From Candidatus Thorarchaeota archaeon (GTDB lineage Archaea; Asgardarchaeota; Thorarchaeia; Thorarchaeales; Thorarchaeaceae): a DNA stretch of 64,000 nt. The stretch is from positions 70,527 to 134,526 of the forward strand of contig JBHLRP010000002.1 of NCBI GenBank assembly GCA_048882485.1, in the 5' to 3' direction. The notes under the pieces were generated by a model. It was given only the letters and a program-made list of their open reading frames with translations. It was not told the origin of the DNA and searched no databases. Shown piece by piece: positions 35,752 through 48,300 of the stretch (position 1 is its first letter; every line of letters starts with the position of its first letter). The position numbers and the translations under genes were made by a program.

Positions 35752-36708
35752 TCATTTGGCATTCCAGTAGTAGTAAACAGAATTGTGGATGGATTGGAAT
35801 CCAAATTGATTGTACAGATTCATTGCCGGAGTGTTCAAGATATCCATCTCCAAGGCGACTTTTTTGAACCCTTGTCGTCTTATGGAATCCATGCTTCTTG
35901 CAAGAAGATTGCGGGCAATGCCCTTGCCTCTATGCCTCGGATGGACCCCAATTGGCCCAATGTGCGCTTTCCCTTCCTCCTCTCTCACTACGATAAATCC
36001 AGTCACTCTATCATTATCCATCACGCACAGTGTGGCGTCGTCAACAAACTGTCTAGTTCTACTGAACCAATAATTGAAGGAATCTATTTGCTGGTCTTTT
36101 GTCAGAGAAAGAAAAAGACCATCTTTGCTGTCCAAGAATGAGTCGAAGAACGGTTCGAAGAGGTCTTCATTGCTGATCTCGGAAATTCGCTGGACTGTAA
36201 TGCCATCAGATTCCTCAAATTCAGGCATATTGCCAGTTATCGCGGCTTCCATATAGGTTTCTTCCGTTGCATATCGAAATCTTTCTTCCTTATACCAGCC
36301 CTCATATCTGTAGAGAAGCGGCCTGATTCTACTTGTGATTTTGTTGAACTGAACCTCCAGTCTCTCCTTCCCCATTCTCCTCGTTGCTTTCTTTGCCTCC
36401 CGAATCAGCTTCCTTGCCACAACTCCGTAGCTATCACTAGGCAAGACCTCAGGGTGCCACTCTCCAATGAAGACCATCCTCGCAAATCCTGTGTAGAGGC
36501 TGAGCCAACCCAACAAATCGTCTGGCCTATCGGACATGCAGAGAAGTACCTTCAGATTGTCATCGTCAGCAGCTGCATCAAGTGCCTCTATGAATTTCGC
36601 AACAGGAAGATCGGGGCTTCCTCTCTCTGAAGCCTGTCTTGCTTGGTATGCCACTTTTGCCAATGCTGCGGTATCAGCATCTCTCATTGAAGAGACCTTT
36701 ATGCGCAA
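35752..36708 (-). CDS. Tandem GNAT-family acetyltransferase
   Basis: C-terminal IGVHPRHRGKGIAR acetyl-CoA motif and NTPAMNLYNQFGF; degenerate N-terminal GNAT. Confidence 0.82.
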   Translation of the reverse strand: MRIKVSSMRDADTAALAKVAYQARQASERGSPDLPVAKFIEALDAAADDDNLKVLLCMSDRPDDLLGWLSLYTGFARMVFIGEWHPEVLPSDSYGVVARKLIREAKKATRRMGKERLEVQFNKITSRIRPLLYRYEGWYKEERFRYATEETYMEAAITGNMPEFEESDGITVQRISEISNEDLFEPFFDSFLDSKDGLFLSLTKDQQIDSFNYWFSRTRQFVDDATLCVMDNDRVTGFIVVREEEGKAHIGPIGVHPRHRGKGIARNLLARSMDSIRRQGFKKVALEMDILNTPAMNLYNQFGFQSIHNSVYYYWNAK

Positions 36709-36838
36709 TGATTTCGCCCCGCCTGTTTGTCTTGATATATTGCATCAAGCTGATAAGGTTGTCCCCTTGTTCACTTCCCCTTGGCAATGATTTATTCGTG
36801 AACAACAAGTCAGATTGTCTGTCCTGAGGATTGTTGAT

Positions 36839-38023
36839 ATGAGCGCAGATTACTCCGAAGTTCTTGTCAGATATGGCGAAATTGGAATCAAATCCAAACA
36901 GACGAGAAAGCGCATGGAAGACCTATTAATCAGGCACATCAAGGCGGCACTGCGGGAGGCTGGTGTTGAGTTTAGCAGGATTCGCAGGGAGTACGGGCGC
37001 ATATTCATTGTAACCGAAATGACAGAAGAAGCCAGCACTATTGCCGCAAAGATATTTGGAGTTGTGTCCGTTTCGCCTGCAGTTGCAATTCAATCCGATC
37101 TAGATACTATTCTTGAAACTGGTCTTGGGATGGCTCGACGAATCTTTGTCAAGAACAAGTCCTTTGCAGTTGGTTCTAGAAGAGTTGGAACACACAATTA
37201 TTCTAGCCAAGATATCAGGGAGAAGCTTGGTGCTGCAATCCTATCAGGCCTACCGGAGTTGGAGCTCACTGTTAACTTAACATCCCCTGAGCAGTCAATC
37301 TATGTCGAAGTTCGAGATCATAGTGCCTATCTATTTACAGATACAATCGATGGAGTGGGCGGAATGCCTACTGGGTCTCAAGGAAAGGTGGTTTGTACTC
37401 TTTCAAGCGGTCTGGATTCTCCAATCGCCGCATTCAAAGTGATGAAACGAGGATGCATTCCTGTGTTTGTCAACTTCGACAACACACCCTATGCAAATGA
37501 TGACTGCAATGCCATTGTAACGGAGCAGGCGCAGCTACTGGCCAACTACATCCACAACTTCGAGGTCAAGCTATACATTGTCCCCCATGGCGAGGATCTC
37601 AGCGAGGCAGAAATCCATGGTCCTCCGAAAATGACCTGCATATTCTGCAAGAGGAATATGCTGAGAATGGCGAGAGCAATCGCCATCATGGAGGATGCAG
37701 ATGCGATTGTGACTGGCGAGATCATCGGAGAGCAGGCCTCGCAGACTACAATGAATCTCAGAGCTATCAATACCGCAGTGTGCGACTTTCCTATACTCCG
37801 ACCATGTGCTGGGGATGACAAATCAGACATTGAAGCTTTAGCTCAGAAGATTGGGACTTACAAGTTTGCAGAGGAAGGTCTATCTTGCTGCACACTTGCA
37901 CCGAAATATCCAGTGACTCGAGGAAGTTCTGACGAGGTCGAAAAGGCGGAAGAGAACATGACCCTGGATGTTTTGAAGAAGCAGGTTGACCAAGCACGCA
38001 TAATCACACTGAGAACAGGATAG
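36839..38023 (+). CDS. thiI: tRNA 4-thiouridine synthase ThiI (no rhodanese domain; CxxC+C type)
   Basis: VRYGEIGIKS, THUMP domain, PP-loop SSGLDS, CIFCKR, GEQASQT, CC; ATG at 36839. Confidence 0.92.
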   Translation: MSADYSEVLVRYGEIGIKSKQTRKRMEDLLIRHIKAALREAGVEFSRIRREYGRIFIVTEMTEEASTIAAKIFGVVSVSPAVAIQSDLDTILETGLGMARRIFVKNKSFAVGSRRVGTHNYSSQDIREKLGAAILSGLPELELTVNLTSPEQSIYVEVRDHSAYLFTDTIDGVGGMPTGSQGKVVCTLSSGLDSPIAAFKVMKRGCIPVFVNFDNTPYANDDCNAIVTEQAQLLANYIHNFEVKLYIVPHGEDLSEAEIHGPPKMTCIFCKRNMLRMARAIAIMEDADAIVTGEIIGEQASQTTMNLRAINTAVCDFPILRPCAGDDKSDIEALAQKIGTYKFAEEGLSCCTLAPKYPVTRGSSDEVEKAEENMTLDVLKKQVDQARIITLRTG

Positions 38024-38114
38024 GCGCGCTTCACTTTGCTCTTCCTAGAAACCTCAAGAGCCTCAGGGGAGTCCTCTTAAGCCTCTAAAGCTATCATACG
38101 GAGATGTAAGAGGC

Positions 38115-38122
38115 TTTAAATA
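38115..38122 (+). promoter_or_regulatory. Putative TATA box of the histone gene
   Basis: TTTAAATA about 55 nt upstream of the TTG start. Confidence 0.5.
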
Positions 38123-38175
38123 TCATCCAGCTACGAACAGCTCTAGTGTATGCGAAATACGCGGAGAGAGATGCG

Positions 38176-38412
38176 TTGCCAAGGTCAAGAAAGGACAGGA
38201 TTATCCCAGTGGCACCAGTTGATAGACTAATCAGAAAAGCAGGTGCCGGACGAGTCAGTGACAAGGGTGCAGAGCGACTGGCACAGATTCTTGAAGAGAT
38301 AGGCGAGAATCTGGCCAAGCGGGCGTATGAACTCACAGACCATGCTGGGCGCAAGACTATAACTGAAAAGGACATGGACCTTGCGTACAAACAATGGACA
38401 CGTGGGATCTAG
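38176..38412 (+). CDS. Archaeal histone (HMf-like) with short basic N-terminal extension
   Basis: IPVAPVDRLIRKAGAGRVS...HAGRKTITEKDM histone fold; TTG start at 38176 after GGAGAG gives MPRSRKDR. Confidence 0.92.
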   Translation: MPRSRKDRIIPVAPVDRLIRKAGAGRVSDKGAERLAQILEEIGENLAKRAYELTDHAGRKTITEKDMDLAYKQWTRGI

Positions 38413-38491
38413 TTGGAAATAGACGAGAGATGAGTTCAGAGAGGAGTGGTGTTCATCAAGCTACAAAGCGCCACTATATGGGGGGGGCTGA

Positions 38492-39181
38492 GTGAGTAAA
38501 GGAGCACGCTATGTGGAGGATGGAATAGCCCTTCTTTCATTACATGATGTGAGCCCTGCCTTTGAGGATGATGTTGTCGCGACATACGACATGTTGATTG
38601 ACCTTGGAATCTCAGATTTCACACTACTTGTGACTCCAATGTACGCACTCAAGAAATCTAACAGTCTTGAGAACAGCCCTCTTTTCTGCGAGTTTCTAGC
38701 GTCTTTGGATTTGGAAATCTCTCTGCATGGATACAGCCATTTCACAAAATCTGGCTCGATGGATGAGTTCCAGAAAATGGATAGAAACCGTGTACTACCA
38801 AGGATGAAATCTGGGAAGGCAATGATTTCTGACCATATCGGGAAGAACGCGGTAGGATTTGTGCCCCCCTTATGGAAAGCACCCCAACGGGTTGCTGGCG
38901 CGGCGCAAGATGCAAGAATGAGCTATTGTGCAATAGGCAACCGCATACATCTTTTATCTGTCTCGTCAGCCTTGACCACGGCCGACTTGCTTGTCAGTCA
39001 AGGTACAAAATCGACATCGTTCACTAATCAATTGCTGGAGATAGAATTGGGTGGCTCGGTTCAGGTAGGTGTTCATCCTCGTGACCATCGCGAGAATAGT
39101 GTTTTTGATTTGCTTGCCGACATGAAGGATCGGCTGGACTATCAATTTGTAGGCTACCACTCCTATCTGGTCAATGAGTAG
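38492..39181 (+). CDS. Polysaccharide deacetylase-like protein (DUF2334-like)
   Basis: LHDVSP, LHGYSH, GFVPPLW, GVHPRD motifs. Confidence 0.75.
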   Translation: MSKGARYVEDGIALLSLHDVSPAFEDDVVATYDMLIDLGISDFTLLVTPMYALKKSNSLENSPLFCEFLASLDLEISLHGYSHFTKSGSMDEFQKMDRNRVLPRMKSGKAMISDHIGKNAVGFVPPLWKAPQRVAGAAQDARMSYCAIGNRIHLLSVSSALTTADLLVSQGTKSTSFTNQLLEIELGGSVQVGVHPRDHRENSVFDLLADMKDRLDYQFVGYHSYLVNE

Positions 39182-39398
39182 GGCCACTTCTAGTAAAACC
39201 ATCCGCGAATTTCTTTGTAGTAAACTCATCAGCATAATTCGAATTGTCGAAAAAGCGACAAGGGCGATTGTCTGAAGAACCAGATTGGCACGCCATTGTT
39301 TATTATGTACGATTGTAATCCTCCAACCTGCACAACACCACCAGCTGCACGCTAGTGACCATGTTGGAGTCATGAGAGAGGATTGGCAAAGGAGGTCT

Positions 39399-42300
39399 AT
39401 GCCTTTGAGGAAAGGTAGTTTCTTAGCAATATTCTTAGTCTTGCTGTTTGTAGCGCCTGCAAATAATGGACATTCACCGTTTGTCAATCCTGCATCGACC
39501 CACAGTCCATATGAGAGCGATGGGGACACGCCGTTTGGCTTCCTTGCTGGCGATAGCATGAGCGGCTCTGGAGATCCTTTGTCTACCTATGTATCTGGGA
39601 TTCTCGAAAACAGCAGTGAAACTCAAATTGATTCGTCGACTTCGGTAACCGGTTCATTATCTGTTCCAAGTGGCTATTCAGGCACCAGTTTGGATGTTGG
39701 TATCGATTCGTTATCAATGACGGTCACGGATAATCTTCGCAATCCATCCTTCACCACTTGGCATGATGAACGATGGCACGTAGGAAATAGTATCAACTTC
39801 TACGATGATAATATTGATGTGCCTGACTCTTGGACTTTGGTGAAGTCCGTTAATTATGATGATGCCCATCCTCTGCATGGTGATTGGGAACTCAATGACT
39901 ATTCCGGTGGCTATGGTGGAAGTCGGGCATGGCGATTTGAGGCAACAATTGGTGGTAGCGATTCACTCACCCCTGATGATGCAATCTACTTGAGTCAGTT
40001 TCTGCACGCTCCATGGCGCGACCTCTATGAGATTCGAATCAGTTTCTATTACTACGTTCTTTCCACTTCCAATATGCTCGACCAAGTTCACCTGTTTTTC
40101 AAGCTGGGCGATTTAGCCGAAGAGAAATTCCATGTCTTCCAGCCAGGTGATACGACCGACGCCTGGCTTCAGGAAACTGTCACATACACATCAGCGGACC
40201 TCTCATCTGTGACGGTTCCCGATTCTTTGCTTTTCAATATTGGACTCGCCACAGATGTTTCTGGCACATTGGGCACCTACCAAGCAGCCTTCGTATATGT
40301 AGACGAAGTTAAGATAGAAATGGATGTGCGCCCGTATCCTGAGCAAATAGGTCTTAACGCCAACAACACAGCAGTCGTGGGTTCCATTGCGGGCAACATC
40401 TCTACTTTTGTACCCGACAACGATGGGCGTGACTGCTGGGACTACTCTAATCTAGGTATCGATCTGGATGGGTACAATAATGACGGTCGACCTGAGTGGG
40501 GTCTCTGGGGGACCTTCTGGAATACTTCAGAGCCATACGAGCTGGGGTTGCAGTTCCCTTTGGATATTCCCAAGGGTGCTGTCATTGAGAATGCATATGT
40601 CGAGATTCAATCAGCAGGTGGGTCGGGAGTTGTTCATGGAAGAGTCCATTTATCCAGTGAAATGGCCGCGGGTGGAGCTATCGAGTCATTTGCTGACCAT
40701 GAACAGAACTATGAACACTTGGAGGACACCTACAGCTGGCTGGCTGCCAGTTACGATTGGCAATTGACTGCGTGGGGGAATGGAGTCAGATATGCTACTC
40801 CAGACATATCCCCTCTTCTGCAGAACGTGGTTTCATCAAGTGATTGGTCAAGTGGCCAATATATCGCTGTCATGGTCAGTTACATGTGGTCAAGTTACTA
40901 TCAATATTATAACAACATCAGAGGATCTCTCTATGATACCAACGACGCAGATGACAATGCTCGGCTTTATGTGTCATATCGAGTACCTTTGGCAGAAGAT
41001 GTTGTATTAGTGGACCGAGAGGAAGCTCGTCGGACTCTTAAGTACAAGAAGGGCATAACTGTTGACTACACAAAGGTTGCTGCTGATCTCACTGATTTCC
41101 CTCTATTGATTGATATCATCGATACAGACCTTCATACTGATGTCTTTCCGGGTGGAGATGACATTGCTTTCATGGTAGATGGTCAATTTGTGGAGCATGA
41201 GATCGAGTTCTTTGACCAGAATCATAGTCCAACCGAAGCACATCTCGTAGCGTGGGTAAAAGTTCCATTCCTATCAAGTTCAACAGACACAATCATCACT
41301 ATGTTGTACGGAGGATCTGATGCTCGGAGTCTAGAAACAAAAGGTGTCTTTGCTGATTACGAGATAGTCCATCACATGAATGAAGCGCCAAATGGGACGC
41401 TAGTTGATAGCTCAGGGAATTTGCATTACGGTTATTCAATTGGAGGCATGACTGATACACAAAGCGTAGCAGGAGCTATAGGAAGTTCAATCAACTTCGA
41501 TGGATCTGATGATGCAATCACGGTTGGTCAAATCGACACTGATGAGTGGCCTTCTTTCACTGTTACTGGATGGGTAAGCCAAGATGTAGTTGGGGATGAT
41601 CGTATCTTCTCCAAAGCGCCAAACACAGACGGAACTCAAGCCATAATTCATTTTGCAATTAATGGCGCCTCCGCGTTCAGGGTTCGTATGAACACTGATG
41701 GCACGGGAGGAGGTGCTTCAGGTTCAGTGGACTCAACTACATTGACGGTTCCAGGCAACTGGGTCTATTTGGCGTGGTCTTGGAGCGCAGCAACTGCGTC
41801 AATGCGTCTATATGTAAACGGGACATTTGACAGGTCTGTCGCCAGGGATGGAGATACGGTATTGGATTCAATCCTTCCATTCGTGATCGGTAACTGGCAG
41901 ACAGGTCCCTACGACAACCGTTTCTTCGACGGGAAGATAGACGAGATTCGGATGACACAGATGGTGTTGTCTGATGGCTGGATTGAAACGGAGTTCAATA
42001 ACCAACTTGATCCATCCACCTTCTATTCTATGGGCTCTGAACAATCCAACGCGGCAACTCCCGATGTGACCTATACTTCAGTTCAATTCACAACAGGCTC
42101 TTCAATCCCAGTAAATCTCGGATTTACACTCGCCCTAGACTTCGAGGGTTTTGGAAAATCTCTTGATGAGAACTTCAATGAGGGAACCACCTTCCATGCC
42201 GTCAATGATAGTAGCACTGTCACATGGATAGCCAAGGTTTTGGTGGCACCCCTTCCCAATGTGGCCAAGATGGAGGTCCAAATAAGCTATCCAATGACTG

Positions 42301-45300
42301 AGTGGCGGCCGACATCTGTCACCAATCCCATTGGCGTATCCAAGAGCTATCTGACTGATTGGACCTATACAGGTGGAGTATTGACTCTTCTACCTGCCGC
42401 AGTGGATGTATATGGAGTCTGGATCTTGGAGTTTGAGGGGCTCAACTATCTGAGTGATTTACAGCTTGGAGTATTTGGCGGATCCCTATCTTCGACTGCT
42501 GAATTCCAGACAAACCATACAATGCAATTTGAAGGCACTTCCCTATGGCATGCCGGGTCGGCAACCCAGCTCTATCTAACGGATCCAACAGGATCTGCCT
42601 GGAGTACACCCATCACTCATAACACGGCTGGGAGTGACACCCATGAGATTCCGTCATTTCAATACAGAAAAGTAATCACCATTGATAATGCGAAAGTATA
42701 CGATGATGTTGCCAACTTCCCATTTCTGCTGGATATCACAGATGCAAATGTAGATGATCGAGCTCAAGCTGATGGCGACGACATTCTCTTTGTTCAGAAT
42801 GGGGTTGTCATTCCCCACGATCTTGTGGAATATACTGTGGCGGCAGGTTCTGCTCACGTTCTAGCGTGGGTTCAAGGCAACTTGTCCAACTTGGTGGATA
42901 CGGACATCACAATGTACTACGGTAACTCAATCGTTGGACCACAGGAGCAGCCAGCAGCTGTGTGGGGTGAAGAGTATGTTGGTGTCTACCATCTAGAGGA
43001 GTCCCCCACTGGCGCCACTGGCGAAATAATCGATTCTACGACGTATGGAAATGATGGAACTACTGAGGGATCCATGAATTCAGCTGACTTGGTTGATGCG
43101 ATGTTTGGCAAGGGACTTGATTTCGATGAGATTGATGATATGATACGAATAAAGGACGACGCAAGTCTGGACACTGTCGCAACCGCGGGAACTATCCAAT
43201 TATGGATTTGGTGGGATAATGCATCTGACGGCCAATGGCAGAATATCATGGATTCGAGCAATCGATTCAATGGCAATCCGAATGATGGATTTGAATGGGC
43301 TCAACAAAATGATGGTGATCACTTCTTCTACCCATGGGCCGGAGTGGGTTCAGATTATAATCTGGGGACGAATCCCTTTACTAATCAGCAATGGCACCAT
43401 CTAGCAGTTACCCTCAATTACACCAGCAGCCCAAAGAGTGTGAAGATGTACGTGGATGGGAGTGCCATTCCGATTGTAATTCCAAATGTTCCGATATTCT
43501 GGACCCAAATCGCAAATCCAGGAGATTGGCAATGGGGCGGAGATCCTGATTATCCAGACAGGTACTTTGACGGGATGTTTGATGAGATTCGAATTGCTAA
43601 TGTGGAACGCTCGGCGGGCTGGTTATTCACTGAGTTTGTCAATCAAGACAATCCAACAGCCTTCTACAACAATATCGGGTTAGAGCAATCGCGCCAGACA
43701 TACAACTCTACATTCGTGAAGGCTCTCGATGATACAGCAGCCGCAGGAATCTGGACTGTAACAGCCCTTTTCAACGATTCTGGAAGCGCTGTCGACTACA
43801 GTGTAGGAATATACGAACGAGAGTTCATTGTGAAACATGATACATCTTTGATATTGCAGGAACCAAGTGATGCAGTTGGAGACCGTCTTACCGTTACCAC
43901 AGCAGGCGAGTGGATTTATGTCGAATATGAGCTGACTGACGATATCACGGCAGCAGGTGTGCCTGATGCGACAGTCACCTTGAATTGGACCGTATCAGGT
44001 GCTCCGACTCAAATCATATTGGATGACTTTGGTACTGGCACCTATGGCAAGATGTTGAACACAAACAACTTGGGGACAGCTCAGCGATGGCGTGTCAATC
44101 TTCAATCTACTCATCAGTTCTACAATGATGCAACCGAGTACATCAACGTGGATCTATACCATCAAACAAATCTAGATTACGGAGATGTGACGACGACTCC
44201 AGCTGATGTTGACTTCACTGCAACATTGACCTTTACAGACATATATGATGGTTCTCCAATTGTAGGTGCGGAAATAACATTGGATGGTAGTCCCGTGACT
44301 CACAATGACTTGGGTCAAGGGAGGTATAGTGTGTCCATTCCAACTGGGGCTCTCAGCCTTGGTCAACATTGGTACATCTTCAATGCGACTCTAACTGGTA
44401 GCTATCTCGAGATGGCCAGTGTGAACATTACATTTACTCTCAGGCAACATTTCACCTCTGTCAACATCCAAGGCGACTTGGTTCAGCCATACGGCTTTGA
44501 TACACAGTTCGATGTGATATTTCTCGATCTTGATACCGGAGGTGCAGTCCCGCTTAGTGCTGTAAGTCAATTCTCATTTGACCCTGCATCCTATGGTATC
44601 CAAACTAGACCGGGGACTAGCTATTCCATAACTTTGACTACAAACACCTGGGATGTGGCTACAGAATCTGTGACGCTCACACTCACTATGGCTGACACAA
44701 AGTACGCGATTCCTCAAGCCTATTTGTTTGATATCGCAATACGAGCGCGATTTACTTCCGTATCAGTTTCAGGGTCCTTTGTGCAACCTCATGGAAATAT
44801 GACACCATTGAGTGTCTACCTCTGGGACCATGATGCAGAAGAAGTTGTACCAATTGGCTTTGTGGACGGGCTGATATTTACGTGGCCAGGCGATTCACAG
44901 GCAATTCTAAGTCCTTCCAGCTACAATGTGGTCCTTGATACTTCCACATGGGATGTTGGCACAACCACGGTGACTCTCATTGCGAATCTACCCGGTGCCG
45001 AATATCTTAATCCAAGCAATTTCGTCTTTGATATCACAATTCGTAGTATGTCCACGGTGCTCTATCATGATCCATCCGACCTGGTTTTTGCTGAGGGAAG
45101 TGATTTCTGGATTGATTTGCGTGTCAATGTTAGTGAGGCTGGAGCGAGCTTTGGTGAACCTGTTACTGGACTCACCCAAGGAGAATTCTCACTTAGAGGT
45201 AATCCGTATCCCTTCACCATTGACACAACAGACAATCTCATCGGACGATACCGATTGACGATTTCCTACGCAAACCTAGGCCCAGGGGCATTCACGATTA

Positions 45301-48300
45301 CTGTAATTGTGACCCCATCCGATGCTAGCCATGGTAGAGCTCAAGTCACGATTCAATTCTTCTATGCAGAGGTCCAGACTTCTCTTACATCACCGACACA
45401 TCCTCAGGTGACCACTCCATTTGCCACTGATGTTCAGTTGACTCTAAACTATACTGACATTGAGAGTGGACTTGGGATTCCAGGCGCAACTATTACAAAC
45501 ACGAGTATCAACATTTATGGGCTTGTCGACCAGGGAGCTGGGATCTACACGCTATGGCTTGATGTTACCGGATTTGCAGAAGGCAGTCATGCCTTCACCC
45601 TGGGCGCAGACAAGGTTGGCTATGAATCCCGATCCCTTTCATTCACTGTTTTGATTCGAATTGCATACACCTATGCGATTCCTTCTGTCGGTGCTCTCGA
45701 CATACCCATTGGCAATTCGCCTATTTTCTACGTCGATTATTGGGATATTGACCATGATGCGCCGGTCGACAACTCCTCTGCACCATATACGCGAGTATTG
45801 TCTACTTGGCATAATTTCACAGTCGTCTACATCCCTGCTCAGGAACGGTATCAGATAACCTTCATGACCTCAGATTCAGATTCTCTTCAGACCAATATTG
45901 TCTACACTTTCAACTTCTCTAGAGGGTCGAATTATCAATTTGGCATCTTCAATATTACAGTTTCAATACGAACTCACAACACTGACTTCCGATTAGTAAG
46001 CGCTATTGAGCCTACAAGTAATGTGGGAATAATAAACATCTCAGTCTACTATGGAGATCTTGATAACAACTTCGGCGTTGATTCAGTCAATGTTGCATTC
46101 AGTGTGGAAAATGCCAGCGGTTCAGTGATTTCAAGCAGCCTATCATTAGGTGGAGGCTTCTACATAATTCAGATCGCAGCTAATCAGTTCGGTTTAGGCG
46201 TTCAGACATTCACCGTCTACGCGGATTGGATGGGTCCATTTGCAAAATACCAGAACAAGGACTTTACAACAACTGCAAGTGTAGTCGGACTCGAATCAGC
46301 TCTAACACTCCTGCAGGCATCTGCACCAACACCCTATCTTGATAACATGAGCTTCTTATTCTTCTATAGTGAGCTAAGCGGCGTCGGCATCGATAATCTG
46401 ACAAGCAATGTGTTTATTCATGTCAGTTTCCAAGGTGAATCTGTTGACCTCGATCAAGTAAGCATCTATGACTATTCCATAACGCAGCCTGGCAACTACT
46501 CCATTCAGCTTAACACTTCAATCTTTGATAGAACAGGTATCATCTACATGAATGTCTTTGTGAATTGGACAAAAGGAGTTGCGCCATTCTATCAAAACCG
46601 AACTGATGTGGTCACGCTGAGAATTCTGCCCCGAGACACATTGGTATCTGTGTCGCCTCCTTCACCCACAAGCTATCTTGAGAATGCCTCCTTTACATTT
46701 ACTTTCGAGGATATTGCTGGAGAACCCAGTACTCTGATATTTGACTCCCCTTCACTTACAATCTCATCGAATGTGACCTTCTCCTATACAGAAACAGGAG
46801 GAACATACACATTCGAGTTCAACACGACAGAGTTCGGATCCCTTGGCAAGAAGGCTGTATTGCTGCATGTGAATTGGGCTGGCACTCCATTCTATAAGAA
46901 CAGAACGAATATCATTGTATACATCACTATTATTGGACGGTTGACATTCCTCGAGTATCTTGCACCTGCTCCAACCCAGTATAATGACAATGTTCAGTTC
47001 AATGTTACATGGACTGACATCACGGGTGGTGCATCGGATGGCATTATAGGAGCGACACTTGCGCTGTATCAGGATGCGACTCCGATAAATCCCATTTACT
47101 ACAGCTGGTTGGATATTGGCGGAGGTATCTATTCTGTAGATCTAAGTGCTACCTATAATCCTCCAGGAGAATACAACCTAAGAGTCGAGATGTCAATAGG
47201 CTTATTCTATATTTCTGACGCAACAGTCAACCGTCAATTCACAATACGGCAGCGCATCACTCTACTATCTGCGGAACCTGTGAGAGATGTGCCTTATAGC
47301 TCAGATGTCGAGATCATCCTATATTACCAGGACCTGTTTACAATTAGCTCAATATCCAATGTCACTGGTGCTGTCACTTTTGAGATTCTGAATCCTGGTG
47401 GTTGGAATTTTGTGATTAGCTACAACTTCGTAAACCAATACTATGAACTAAGTGTTACTACATCCGACCATCCTGAGCTGCTCATTGGAGTGACATATAC
47501 ATTCAATCTTAGAATGATCTATGACTCCATCGCTCCATATTATGCCGGTGATGACCTTTCCGTAGACTATGAGCTACGTGTAAGGGACTCCACCATTGAG
47601 CTAGACGCAGCCCCGACTTCCACTGCCTATGATAATGACGCAAGCTTTGTAGTCTACTATGAAGACGCAGATGCATTAAGTGGCATAGCAGGTGCAGATA
47701 TTTCGGTATATCTCAATGGTACTCAGCTAATTGAGAATACTGACTATACAATGAGTGAAGGGGCTGCAGGACTTTATCTATTCGATGTGGATACAGGCTC
47801 ATTGGTAGGCCTTGGCCTTAATACTCTGGTAGTTTATGCGAATTGGCTGGGCACTCCCTATCATGAAAATCTGACAATCAGTGTTGGTATAGTTGTACGT
47901 GAACGATCTACAATAATTGAGTTTACTCAACCACCAGCTAGAACTGAATACCTTGATGATGTGGCTTTCAAATTTGTATACAAGGACCTAGACACAGGTG
48001 CTGCTGGTGGGAATCCTGTTCTTGGTCTGACAAAGACCGAAGTCAGACTCTACTACAAGAATGGCACAGAGATACCCTCTCCATATTTCTCATTGGCTCC
48101 TGATGGCAATGCGTATGAGATAGTCGTTAATTCGGCACTTCTTAGTGCGGTGCTTGATAATGCCTACTCTCTGAGGGTGGATGTCGATTGGAATATCGGA
48201 ATTGCCCCGTATTATGAGGATGATTCCACAACTCTTAGAGTCACAATAGTAGGCCGATCGATGTCTGTTGATCCCGCAACGATAGAAACCACTCCTCAAA

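Noticed and set aside
38478-38491. G8 homopolymer as a phase-variation switch
   Set aside because: It lies upstream of the GTG start; adding or removing one G does not put the nearby ATG into an open frame with the gene
39285-39398. Track N-terminal extension of the 4159-aa ORF
   Set aside because: The signal peptide begins at MPLRKG (39399) after GGAGG; the upstream residues look non-coding
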